A stretch of DNA of 64,000 nt from the human T2T-CHM13v2.0 reference genome, Homo sapiens: the NCBI RefSeq assembly GCF_009914755.1, contig NC_060934.1; one strand, 5' to 3'. The translations under genes and the position numbers were made by a program. Below the pieces are notes generated by a model. That model was not told the DNA's origin. It saw nothing but the letters and a program-made list of their open reading frames with translations, and made no database searches. Each line of letters begins with the position of its first letter. Position 1 is the first letter of the stretch. This document shows, in pieces, positions 1-63,229 of the stretch.

Positions 1-493
1 TTTCCTGCTCTTTGCATGCCTTATAATTATATAAAAGAAAACAGAGGCAAAAGATGATATTATTTTCCTCCAGTGATGAATCTCTTTTTCTTCTGTTAGC
101 AGATGGGGTGAGGGACTGATCACCTTAACCTAGTCAAGAATTCAGCTGGGTTGAGGCTGGGTTGCAGTCTTGGTTAGTCCCAGTCCACCTCTGAGTCACC
201 ACTATTCCTTGGATGGAGCCCACTCAAGCTTTTCATTGGCATGTCTCTGTCTTCTCATCCCTGAAAGCCTATGGAAGATTCAGCTCTGTTCTTAGGAGCT
301 CCAGCTTAGCTCTAGATTCTAACATTACACCAGATAACATTGATCATCAAAAACTCTACCAGTTTCTCTTTGCCCCAGTAGAGACCCTATGCCTGGGTCA
401 AGCCCTATCCTTGGCCTGTGCACAGATTTGGCAAATACCCCCTGGGAAGAAAATGGTCAGAGACAATCAGCACATTTAGAAAGGGCTCTTTCC

Positions 494-796
494 GGCCGGG
501 CGCAGTGGCTCACGCCTGTAGTCCCAGCACTTTGGGAGGCCAAGGCGGGCAGATCACCTGAGGTCAGGAGTTTGAGACCAGCCTGACCAACATGGTGAAA
601 CCCTGTCTCTAATAAAAATACAAAATTAGCTGGGTGTGGTGGCACATGCCTGCAATACCAACTACTTGGGAGGCTGAGACAGAAGAATCACTTGAACCCA
701 GGAGGCGGAGGTTGCGGTGAGCCTAGATCGTGCCATTACACTCCAGCCTGGGCAACAAGAGTGAAACTCCGTCTCAAAAAAAAAAAAAAAAAAACG
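494..796 (+). mobile_element. AluS
   Basis: Full dimer with A-tail; TSD GAAAGGGCTCTTTCC at 479-493 and 797-811. Confidence 0.95.
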
Positions 797-1756
797 GAAA
801 GGGCTCTTTCCTCTCCAGAATTTCAGTTCATTAGTCCTCATTGATGGCACAACTCTGAGGTGTCTTAAAAAGGTGATTTCTGTAACTTACTCTGTTTTTT
901 CTAGTTGCTTCAGCAGGAGTGTTGGATTGTTCCTACATATACATCCTATCCAGAAGAGGAAGCCCTCTGAAACCCTTTCAACATTTAACCATAGTGAGGT
1001 CATCCAGATATATACGGCTGAATCAACCCAGAGCATACCATGGCCCCTGCTCCACACCTCTACTACAGTGAGGACAGGTGGCCCAAACAGACTAGAGTCT
1101 TTTTGCAGCGAAACTGGGGACCATGAGCCTTTTTATTTTTACAGTGGGTGGAAAGTCTGACAAAGCTGTGAGAATAAGTCTGGAAGCTTCCAATGGCTAT
1201 GCCCCATGCTCATGGAAGAGGCCAGTCTCCAGCAGGAGGAAATGAAGCCCTTCCACGGAAAGGAGAGGCATTGGGAGCACCCAGGGGATGTTGGAGTCCC
1301 TGATTCCAGTCACTTGCTCCTGCTGTGGTTTGGTTACCTGAGCCACATACTTCCCTTTTCTTCCTAAGCTAGTTCCAGTTTCTTTTTTAAAAAATTTATT
1401 TGTGTATATTTATGGGGTACATGAGAAAATCTGTTATATGTATATAATACATAGTGATCAAGAAGCGGCATTCGGGGTGTCTGTCATGTGAGTACAACAC
1501 ATTTTTGTTAAGTTTAGTCATCCTACTCTGCTATGGAATATTGAATTTATTCCTTTTATTTTACTGTATATTTGTATGTTTTAACACTTCTCTTTATCCG
1601 CCTGCCCCCCACCACTGTCCCTTCCATCTCTATTATCTGTTTTTCCATTCTTTAGCTCCATGTGGTCAATTTTTTTAGCTCCTACATATAAGTGACAACA
1701 TGCAATATTTGTCTTTCTGTGCCTGGCTTTTTCCACTTAAGAGAATAACCTCCAGG

Positions 1757-2622
<866 letters not shown>

Positions 2623-2911
2623 TAATGATAATCTCCAGTTCCATCCATGTTGCTGCAAATGACATGATTTCATTCTTTTTATGGCTAAACAGTATTCCAT
2701 TGTGTATATATACCACATGTTCTTTATTCTACCATTGATGGACACTTAGGCTGATTCCGTATCTTAGCTATTGTGCATAGTGCTGCAATAAACATGCAAG
2801 TTTGCAGATATCCTTTTGATATATTGATTTCTTTTCCTTTGGGTAGATACCCATTAGTAGGATCGCTGAATCAAATGGTAATTCTACTTTTAGTTTTTTT
2901 AAGAAACCTCT

Positions 2912-3252
<341 letters not shown>

Positions 3253-5080
3253 TTACATTCCCACCAACAGTGTAAAAGAGTTCCCCTTTTTCCATATCCT
3301 CACCAAGATGCTATTTTTTTATCTTTTTAATAAAAGCCATTCTGATTGGAGTAAGATCTCATTGTGGTTTTGATTTTTATTTCTCTAATGATTAGTGATG
3401 GTGAACATTTTTCATATACCTGTTGGCCATTTACATGTCTTCTTTTAAGAAATGTCTATTTATGTCTTTTGCCCACTTTTTAATGGGATTATTTGTTTTT
3501 TCCTTTTTGAGATTTTTGAGTTCCTTTTATATTCTGGATATTAGTCCCTTGTTGAATGAATAGTTTGCAAATATTTTCTCCCTTTCAACAAGTTGTCCCT
3601 TCACTCTGTTGATTGAAACAATCAACTGCTGTTCAGAAGATTTTTAGTTTATTATAGTTCCGTTTGTCTATTTTTGTTTTTGTTGCCTATGCTTTTGAGG
3701 TCTTAGTCATAATTCTTTGCCCAGGCCAATGTCCAAGAGAGTTTTTCTTAGTATTTTTATAGTTTTAGATCTTATGTTTCAGTCTTTAATCCATTTTGAA
3801 TTTACTTTCACATATGGTGAGAGAGAAGGATCCAGTTTCATTCTTCTACATGTGGCTATCCAATTTTCCCAGCACCCTTTATGGAAGAGGGTGTCCTTTC
3901 CCCAGTGTAAGCTCTTGGCACCTTTGTTGAAGATCAGTTGACTGTGTTCTCTAGTCTGTTCCATTGATCTATGTGTCTATTTTTATACCAATACCATGCT
4001 GTTTTGGTTACTACAGCCTTGTAATATACTTTGAAGTCCTGTAACATGACGCCTCTAGCTCCAGTTTCTTGAGAGTCTGGACCATCTCTATTTTCTTTGC
4101 CCTTGGGCTTTATAAGACACCCCTATGTCCATATAATACATTATCCTTTTCTTCTTAGGCAGGGCAGAGGTGGTTTATGTTACCTGTAATTCAACGAGTC
4201 TTAACTAAGACTACTTCTTTAATGGTGGGGCAGGTTTAGAAGGGTCCGGTGAAATGTGTCTCCCTCATTGCACAGAAGGAAGAGAAAGAGGATGAATGGT
4301 GATATTTCTGAGACCACAACTTTGGATCATGAATCCTCAGGCCAAGGAGAAACTGATGCCTCTAGATTCTGATCACTCTACTCCACCATGGGAAGAAATT
4401 CAGACATGCCTAAGAAGTTGTCTGAATCTGTCATCCAAAGCCAACCTGTCTTACCTTAATCTTTGATTAAAGTAAACTGCATTCCCATCCCCAGACAATA
4501 TTAAAAAATGGGGGGAATGGAAACAGGGGAGATTCCTGTGTTTCTACATTTCACTTACTCCTGGGGCTCCCGAGTTGCAGATGAGCCTGAAGTTTACACC
4601 AGAGAATAAATAAGATAGCTGTTTGGACATCACACACCACTTTGCCAGTTTCCGTTCTCTTGAATTATTTACCATCTAATTGTCTGCATTGAAACAGAAT
4701 CTGGAAACACAGAGTCAGAGTTGTAGCCCTATTTGCAAGTTACAGAAAGAAAACTAGAGTTCAGTGAAGTACCTGAGGCAGAAGCACTTCATGAGTTTCT
4801 GAAGTTCTCTTACCTTGGGAGGGCTGTGAATGCAGGGGGTGAAACCAGCACAGCAGCAAAGAGAAACACAGCCTCAGGCTGGAAGGGACCTTAGAAGTCA
4901 CTAGTCCAGTCTCCCATTTGAGGTCACTCTCTCCCTCCAGTGTAGAGGTCTGGCATCTAGTCTGTACTTTCCCCTCAACTGGCTATGTCACCAAGAGCAC
5001 CTGAACCTTGATTTCTTCATCTGCAAAGGATAGAATACAAAGAAGGATGGAATGGAAAATAAACCTGTCTATAAATTTAA

Positions 5081-5870
<790 letters not shown>

Positions 5871-5994
5871 GCACCAATAATTCCCATAGAAAGAAATATT
5901 AATAGCTATGAAAATTTTAAAATAAAGTAGAAAACTTAGAAAAGTATAATGACAAATAAAACTCACTTGTCTCACTGCTCAGTAGAAATCACTC

Positions 5995-6553
<559 letters not shown>

Positions 6554-6716
6554 CATAATATTATTTGATACATTGTCTTCCAGTCTTTTTCCAACTAAAT
6601 ATATATAATTGAGAAATTTTATTTATACTGTTTTATAGCTTAGTTTTTTCCTATTCAATATTTTCTAGTGCGTCTCGTCTCCACGTCAGTAAATATTCTT
6701 CAAAAACAAGAATTTT

Positions 6717-7141
<425 letters not shown>

Positions 7142-7921
7142 AAGTTATGCATTTACTAGTTAGGGTCAATTTACACCACCAATTTCAATGGAAATCAATA
7201 TGATTTTTGATATTTGCAAAGAAAGTGGTCCACTTCTTACAAACAGACTTCGGGATGAAAAATGAAGATGAGGCAGACACATCTACAGTGAGGAAACGGA
7301 TGATGCCTCCTTTTTCCTCATAGGCAACTTGGGGGAGGGGAAAGGAGGTAAGTAAAGGCATGTGGGGGAAGTCAGAGAAGCATCCACACCTGCTCATTAT
7401 ATCAAGTGTCTAGAGACTCTCTAAATAATTCAGACACAGTCGGCTCCCTCCAGGGGCAGGTGTTGAGGAGAGTTTCCAGACAAGCAGCTCCTCTTGCAAA
7501 ACTGGGGCAGACTGAGGATCTGATTACGTGAAAAGGGGTCCAGTTAGTAGCTATGGCAACCTCCTTCTTCAGCCTTACAACTTGCCTTTGGGATAAGGTA
7601 CAAGAAGCTTCTGGGAAAACACTACTGCTATGCCCCCTGTGGTGGTGAAGAGTTTTGAAGCTCTGTTGTCTTGGGTTCAAATCCAGGTTCCTCCGCTACA
7701 GTGTGATCTTGGGGAATTTACTGATCTTTAGGTTCTATACCTGTAAAATAGGGGTAACAATTCCCCTACTCAGATTATTGTGGCATCATGCATAATTCAT
7801 CTAGCCCCCTTACTATGATGCTTAGTACATGGTGCTTAGTACATAGTAGATCTGTCCTAAGAATGTCCTCACTTTATGTCCTAGGAATTGATGCTTGGAC
7901 TTTAAATAAAAGAGAAACGTA

Positions 7922-8060
7922 GGGCCTGGTGCGGTGGCATGCACTTGTAATCCTAACTATTCAGGAGCTGAGATAGAAAGATTGCTTGAGTCCAGGAGTT
8001 GAGTTTGAGACCAGTCTGGGTGACAGAGTGAGACCCCTGTCTCAAAGGGGAAAAAAAAAA
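7922..8060 (+). mobile_element. Alu monomer (FLAM-like)
   Basis: Single Alu arm with A-tail. Confidence 0.75.
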
Positions 8061-9496
8061 GCAATGTTGAAAACTAAGAGAAAGCCATTCCTTAGAATCG
8101 TAAACAGTAACAGCCAATAGTTATTAAAGGTTAACCATATGCTGAATACCGTGCTGAGTGCTTTACATTTACTCTCGCAAAACCATTTATGGATACGTAT
8201 CATCAAAATTCAGAGAAGTTAAGACACTTTCCCCAGGTCAAACAACTAGTAGGTGTTAGAATCAAGGTCCAAACCCTATTCTGCCTCTAAACTGAAAAGG
8301 CCTGTGCTCTTACCCTGTAAGGAAGAGGATCTCCGGAAGTTATTTTACTGATCCAGCACTTCATTTCCAGGAGAGCAGCCTGAGGATCGGGAGGGGATAA
8401 TTTGCTGGGCATTGAGGAAGAGCAGGCCGACTTCCTTAGGTCCATGGGACCCGACTGCCCTCTAGCGTTAGAGGAATCCTGGGGCCAGATGGAATAAAGA
8501 GCAAGTTGGTTTTCTTAGGTTATGGTGACTCCTCCTGCCTTCAGTATGGGATCATAGCTGCCTAGTTTGGTGTTTTCCTATTGGCCAAAGGGTTTCTCCT
8601 AGGGATTAGGGTAAAATAGGCTGTAAAGGGTGGGACTTAAGGATAAGAATTACCTGAATTTAGAGCAGCAATTCTCAGACAGATCAACGTTTGGACCATC
8701 AGGTGGAGGGAATGTCTCTTATCCCCAGCATCTGGCACGTAGTGGGTGCTCACTGGATACTGAATGAGGCTTTAAAATCTCATTCTCACTAATAGCAGAG
8801 TTCTGTAAAATAGCAGAGATCTGCAAACTTAAATGAGGTGCCCTTAAGGTAGTTATGAAGTTATTCATCGATTTTTGCCAGAAGTGCTAGTGGAAAAGAC
8901 ATTGTAACATTTAACTCAATTCTACTACAGGAGACTCCACAGGACACTTTCATAAGGAAGAGAGAACAATGACACTCTTCAGTGGTTTAGAAATAAGTTG
9001 GGGTCAGGGACGACTTGATCGTCTTAGACTGCCAGCCTCATACCAGTGTCCCTAATGGTCCATGGATCTCAGAGAAAGCCCCCTCCATCTCTATAGCTCT
9101 GCCCAAGTAGCCTGTTTCAAAGCTACTCAGTGAGCATCTGTGTGCATTGCACCTTGCTGGGCTCAGTGGGGGATACAAAGACAGATATGCCAGATGTGGC
9201 TAATTGTGGCCAACCTGGATGGTGCTTCTTCCATGAGCTAGGTGTCCGGTCCATTATCTGATTATTTACTGACAGGAGTCTTCAAGGTAAGTATTAACTG
9301 TCTACTTTTTTCCAAATAAGGAAATTGAGGCTCATTGCAGCAAAAAACAATCCTGCAAATTCCTACAATTTATAGATGGGAGTGCAAGTCATATGACTCC
9401 CAAATCCATACTCTTTCCACTATGCCACTCTGGCCAATTCTTTGAAATATTAGGACTCCTTTTCTAAAATGCAGGTATCTCCAAGACAATTATTCC

Positions 9497-9916
9497 TGTT
9501 TTTGTCTGCTTGGGCTGCCATAACAAAATATCATAGACTAGGTGGATCAAACAACAGAAATTTATTTTTCAGTCTGGAGATTGGGAAGTCCAAGATCAAG
9601 GTGCTGGCCAGTTCGGTGTCTGGTGAGGGCCCTGCTTCCTAGCTTGCAGGAGACTGTTTTGTCTTCTCACTGTGTCCTCACATGAAGGGCAGGAGGTCAA
9701 GGTCTCTAGAGTCTCTTATTTTACTTTTTACTCAACAGTTTGTTGAGAGACGTGGCATCTCTTACGAAAGCACCAATCCCACCATGAGGGCCCCACCCTC
9801 ACGACCTCATCTAACCCTAATTACCTCCCAAAGGCCCCGTCTCCAAACACCATCACATTGAGGGGTAGGACTTCAACGAAGGAATTTGGGAAGGGCACAA
9901 ACATTTAGTCCATAAC
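9497..9916 (-). mobile_element. MaLR LTR (MLT1A-like)
   Basis: GGGCTGCCATAACAAAATATCATAGACT...AAACATTTAGTCCATAACA matches the reverse complement of an MLT1A-type LTR. Confidence 0.8.
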
Positions 9917-10021
9917 AACCCCCATCAAGCCATCAGTTTAAAAATAGATGGCTTTTCCTATACTTTGTTTCTTACATTTAGCTTTCTCTAGCCTCATTTC
10001 CTACTGACCCTTAGTCTGTAG

Positions 10022-10456
<435 letters not shown>

Positions 10457-11202
10457 TGAGTTCAAGGGAACAAAAGAGCCTTCCAAGAAAATCTCTTTGG
10501 AAAGTCACTAGGGGTAACTGTACCTAACATCGCTACCCCCTAATGTAGTAGCTTACCCGATTTTTATCTTCTCCTCTTCCTCACAAAGAGGATCTTGATT
10601 TTTGTTTGAGCAGGAATGTGCCCAGCTGTAAAACTCTACTTCCCAGTCCTTGCAGCTACAGTTGCTCATGTGGCCACAATAAACAGTTCCTCCTGATGAG
10701 ATGTAAGGGAAGTCACTTACTGGGACTTCCAGGAGAGCTCTTTAAATGTGGGTGTGTTGGGCGAACTCAGCTGTGCATGCCTCTTTCCCCTGCCCTTCTT
10801 CCTGACTGGGACATAGATGGAACACAGGTGTGGAGATGGAACAGCCATCATGGTGCAAGGGAAGCTGCGGAGTTAAGAATGTCAGGGCTGAAAGTTGGAA
10901 AGAGTCTGGGTTCCTAATGGCATCACAGAGTTGCCCCGTTGGTCTTGAGCTACTTCTGGACTTCTCATTATGGAAGAAAAACAAAACTCTCAGGTTACTT
11001 ACAGTAGTGGTAATGCTGAGATAAATCATATAAGGGGCTAAAAATTCCAATTCTTTGCCCCACCCTCAGAAATTTTGGCTCAGCAGGTCTGGGTGCGGGA
11101 ATCTACAGTTTTAGCTAGGCCCTGTGGTCATTCTGTTACAATGATCCTTGAACCACAGTTTGAAGTAGTCTGAGGCCCACATATACAGCAAATAGCAGAG
11201 GG

Positions 11203-11223
11203 GTGTGTGTGTGTGTGTGTGTG
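11203..11223. repeat. (TG)n microsatellite
   Basis: Directly visible. Confidence 0.9.
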
Positions 11224-13092
11224 AAGAGCGGGTCAGTGATGTTGGGTTTTGCTTTCAATGCCTACCAAAGACTTGGCCAGCTGTGGATGTCAGATATAAA
11301 AAACACCTTGTTCAGCTAATTTGCAATTTAGTGATGAAGAGCTTCCCACACCTCCATCTAACTAGAAAGCTTATCCAAGCTCCCATTTCATGAGTGTGGA
11401 AACTGAGGCAAAAATGTTTAAGTAGTTACCCAAGGTCACAATGCCAGTCAGTGACAGAGCTGGAAAAAAAATTCTGGAGTCCCAGTTCAGTGCTCCCTCC
11501 ATTACACTGGGCTGCAAATAGCACCATGAAACTTTAGTGTCTGCTCACCTCTCCCTCCCATTTCCTCTGTCAGGCAGTGCAGTGGGACATTGTGGCTACC
11601 TCTCTGGCCGCCATCCCAGCCCTCTTTTATTCCCCAGCAGCCCTACTGTTTAGGTGAATGAATCCTGCTCTCAGCTCCATGAATCAATTAGGATAATCTT
11701 CTTCCCCTATCCGATTTTCCTCCTCCCTTACCAATAGAACCCTTACTTTCTTGGAGCTGCAATGTGCCCAAATAAAAAAGCTACACCTCCCAGATCCCTT
11801 TTAGAGAGGGTAGGCCATGAGCTAGTTTTGGTCAAGTACTGGGCAGGGGGGTCTTCCTGGAATGTCACTTAGAAGGGGCAGCTGGCAGACACTCCTCTGC
11901 CTATGGTTTTTCCTTCTTCCTGCTGGCTGGAATGCAGTCCTGATGGTTGGAATGCCACTACCATGTGGACAAGAGCCTTACCCTAGGACAGAAGAGAATA
12001 AATCAAAAGCAGCCCCAGTGCCTGATGGCCTTCATGGAGGCATTAAGTCAGCCTTGAAGCTGCCTACCTCCAGAGCTCTTTTTACATGAGAGAAAAAGGA
12101 ATGATCAAGTTCAAGCCCCAATTCTTTGAAGTTTCTGTGGCATGCAGTTCAACTCAATGTGTGCATTTATAGCAATGATTGATGCAGGCCAGTTTAATGA
12201 GTGAAGCTTGGGGTTTCTGTCTGATGATGATAGTGGTCTTTCTCAGGGCCCAGATGCAGGCCTGCCTTCTCAGTGGTCTTCCCCAAGGGCCCCAGCTCTC
12301 TTGGGCTGCCTTCTATTTAAGATTCCTGGGCATTTGTTGTCTGGTTGGGAGCTCATTGTGGTATTTGTGACAGTTTCAGGCAGGACTGTTTATAGCCTTT
12401 TCAGGCAAGCTATGCCAGAACTCCTCATCCAGAGGGCAGGGCAGTCAGGGTGACTTGCCAGACCATGTAAGGGTCTGGAGGAGAGGCAGGCTGTGCAGCC
12501 AGCCTGGGAACATGTTCCACATGACACCATCATTCTTGTGCTGGTAAAACATCCTCAGAGGAAAAGCAGCAGCATCGTAAGCGAGTGCTTATTTCTTTAG
12601 GAGGCCCCCATGAAATCTTTCAACTGCAGACTGTCAGGCACCAGGGGCCCTAAGGACAGGAGCTAGAGATGGAGGGAGAGTGGGGAGGGTCCGAGCTGTC
12701 AAGTGATCCTGAGGCAACAGGACTGGCAGAGAGGAGCTGGGGGGATGCAGTGAACTAAGGATGTCAGCTGGGGCTATGTGCCACCGCGGGAGCTCGCTCA
12801 GGTTGGACCCCACCAACTTCAGACCTTCACTGCACTTTTAGTCTTCAAGCTCTTGGGGCTTAATCTCCTGTTTTCCTTTCCTGTCTCTCCGTCTGAGTCC
12901 CTCTGTGGGGACTGCCTATGTTGCTTCCACCAACAAACACTGTTGAGGCAGATGTCTTGTCTCCCCAGACAGCTTCCAGAGAAGAGACCATGCCCACAAG
13001 CAGGGCACGAGGGTCACAAGAGAGGAAAAGGAAGGGGGTAACAACAATTAAGGGAGAAAACTTCAATCACGCACAGGCTTTTCATAAAAAAC

Positions 13093-13098
13093 TTTATT
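13093..13098 (-). terminator. ALDH18A1 polyadenylation signal AATAAA
   Basis: TTTATT on + strand about 800 nt after the stop codon, followed on the minus strand by U/GU-rich sequence. Confidence 0.8.
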
Positions 13099-13899
13099 TC
13101 TCAAAAAAGGGGGAAGAATCCAAAGTATTAAAATAATCCTCTAATTTTTGTTTTGGAGGAAAAGGGTAGGACGACAAAATAATTCATACAAAAATTTCAA
13201 GCATCACTGCTGTAGATATTCCTCCAGCTCAGTGGGGAACATCCTGAAACTTGCATCTCCTGCTGCAGCTTGGGTTCCAGCTGCATCACGGGGAACACAG
13301 CATCTCCTGGATGCAGGAAGCTGCAAGCATCTGGAATGCTTATTAATTTACCCCACAAATAAATACAAAAGGTCAATCTTCCCAGTGGAAATGATTCCAT
13401 CGATTTTTGTGACTTTCTGATGAGAATGCTAAAAAGAAGAGTTGCCCCTTTTCTAAAATTCCAAATCTTTCCTTTTTGAAGATGACTACATGTGAAAGAA
13501 ATAAAATGTGAAAAGATTTGTTAAGGATGACTGGCTCTAGTACCAACTAAATGCCAAGGGGGACTGTAAGTCACTGAGGTGACACAAAGCAGCCATGGGT
13601 TTTCCTCGCCTTTTTTATGGGGAAAATGCACCTTTCAATCCTAGAAGATAATTGGACTTGGCAAAGTCCCTATCGGTAGCAACTATTTTCTTACTTTAAA
13701 AAAAAAGGGTGAGCTGGGAGCCAGACTGTGCACATCAGCCAAGATTGCTATTGCCAAACGGAGCCCAGAAGCATCCAGGTACACTTTCCAACAGGCAGAC
13801 CCTACCAGGAACTGGGAGACAAGAGCGGGCTCTCTCCTGAGATAAGACAAGTTTAACGTGAAGACCTTTTGGAAAATTCCCGGGTTTTCCTGGCTCTTT

Positions 13900-60522
<46,623 letters not shown>

Positions 60523-61218
60523 TCACTAACCAAAGTATCTGCAGAATACATTTTTTAAAAAGTGAGTAATGAAAAATACTGGACAATTCATTTTATTTCC
60601 CTCTACTTCCCCTTACCCTCGGAGTAAAAATCTGACTCTCCTGCTCCAAACTCCTCTGTATTAGGGAAACTCCCACCTCCTCTATATTATAGAAAAGAGA
60701 GAAAAAGTAAGTGGCTCCTTTCTAGGCCTCAACCATCTTAGTTTTTATGTAAGCAAATAATAATGCAGAGTTAGGAATATTTTGAGACACAAAAAACACC
60801 TGCTCTTTTTGGTATCTTCCAAATTTAAAAAAAATCTTTCAGGTGCAATGCTTATGTGTTAATACTAAATCTTCATATAATTCCTGTAACAGATCCAACA
60901 TCCTAAAGCAATCATGTCCACCTTTCTGCTAACATCTCCCAACAGAACCAGGAAATGCACCTATTTGAAATGTCAGCTTGATCCTTGCCAGCCAGCCATG
61001 AAAAGCAAGAGGAAAGGCCAGAGGCTGCTGCCATGTCTTTCTTCCTGATGCCCACAGGATTACAAAATAACTCTTGTACCCCTGGAAGGCAGTGGCAATG
61101 CCTACAACTGGCTAACATCTTAATCCTGTGGAGGAAGAGAATATGGCTACAAATCTCGGTTGAGAACATAAGGCAGTTATGGGCATTTCCTCACCCTGGG
61201 TCAAATTTGAGACTTTAG

Positions 61219-61557
<339 letters not shown>

Positions 61558-62261
61558 TATTGTAGCTCTTTTTATGCTACAGAGACACTGCTATTTTCAC
61601 AAGGTAAGAAAAATACTTCACTTTCTTTGTTTGTGGGCCTCCTTTTAACTTTTGTTCCATGGATTGGTGGATATATCCCAGCCCTCTTAAATGTGCCTCA
61701 GAAGACTAGCATTTAGCCCCATAGTGAAGAAAAATTAGGAATGGTGTCATTGCTTTACAATTTATACTGCACAAAGGCACTGAAATGGGACAGAGAAGAG
61801 ACTGGCAGGATGCAGCTGTTCTAAAACATATGGCATCTAGTAGGCAACAGAAAGTATTAATTGATCTTTGTTATTTCAATTTTTTCATAACACTGAAGTA
61901 TGATTTTAGCACGTGATCTAAGTTTGCTGCTTATATAAATTCCTTCAATAATGGCTGCTAAACAATTATTTACATGTGAATTCTCCAAAATAACTACAGA
62001 AGAGCCAAAGGGTAAAACAATCAAATTCCAGTTCCACCTCCCTAAGAAACCTTCCCCAGCAAGGCTAGTCTTCACAGCTGGATATAATTCTATAGGTTAG
62101 CTTTTAAATAGCTCATGACTACTGCTTTTCCCATCTGGATTACAAACTTTCCATTGACAATATGGCAAAAACGATGAGGAACAAGGCCTTTGAAGTTGGT
62201 CAGATTTGGGTTCGAGCTCTGCACTTGCTGTGTGTCTTGTGGAGAGTTACCCAATTTTTCT

Positions 62262-62338
62262 TTATTATTATTATTATTATTATTATACTTTAAGTTTTAG
62301 GGTACATGTGCACAATGTGCAGGTTAGTTACATATGTA
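62262..62338 (-). mobile_element. Extremely truncated young L1 (L1PA2/L1HS-like 3' tip) with (TAA)n tail, inside a MIR
   Basis: TATACTTTAAGTTTTAGGGTACATGTGCACAATGTGCAGGTTAGTTACATATGTA; perfect 19-bp TSD AGAGTTACCCAATTTTTCT at 62243-62261 and 62339-62357. Confidence 0.93.
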
Positions 62339-62809
62339 AGAGTTACCCAATTTTTCTAAGCCTCTGTTTCCTCACTTATAAATCAGGGATACTAACACTA
62401 TGGACCTCATGAAATTATAGTGAGAATTAAAAGAGAGAATGCGTGGAAAGTGCTTGGGTACAACAAATGGTCAGTAAATGTCAGTTTTCCTCCTTTTGTC
62501 TTTTAGGCACTAATGATGCCTTACAATTATTTTTTCCTTAATTTCCTTCAAGACCCATCACGGGAACAAAGAATTCAACGAATATTCACTATTAGATACA
62601 ATCACACACATATATTGACTGACTGTTTACCTCTCTATTAACCAAGAGTCATTGAAAGCTCTGAACACCTACGGTCACTGAAATAGAGATTGAAGACTGA
62701 CGTAGAAACCAAGCCTCCTGACCTCTCCCCTGTACCACCATCTCTGACTGACCAGCAGAGTGTATTACGCCCTCGAGAAGCACACAGTTGATCCCAAGGA
62801 GCAAAGAGA

Positions 62810-62833
62810 GTGTGTGTGTGTGTGTGTGTGTGT
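62810..62833. repeat. (TG)n microsatellite in intron 1
   Basis: Directly visible. Confidence 0.9.
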
Positions 62834-63229
62834 ATCTAGACTCGTGTCTAGATTTGTGTGACTGTGTCTCGACTCTGTGTGTGTGTTTAGACTCCATATC
62901 ATCAGTTGAAGAAAGTTTTCACGTTTTGACTCAAGACATTTCTCAATATCTCTTTACAGACTAAACAGAATGCCCTTATCTAACTGATTTGAACAGAGAA
63001 GTGAACCTCAGTCCCAGCACAGTTCACCCACAAACACATGCTCGGTATATGGCTCACCACTTAAATACAAAGATCCGATGGGCCTCACCACCTCAGAGGG
63101 CAGGGGACAATGATGGGGGAAGGACGAGGTGGGGTATGTGGGTGCGTCCTGCTGTAACAGGAAGACCCCAGCATACACAGAATGCCATACTGCAAAGGGA
63201 GTCTGGCTTTGAGGAGGGGATGATGAACG

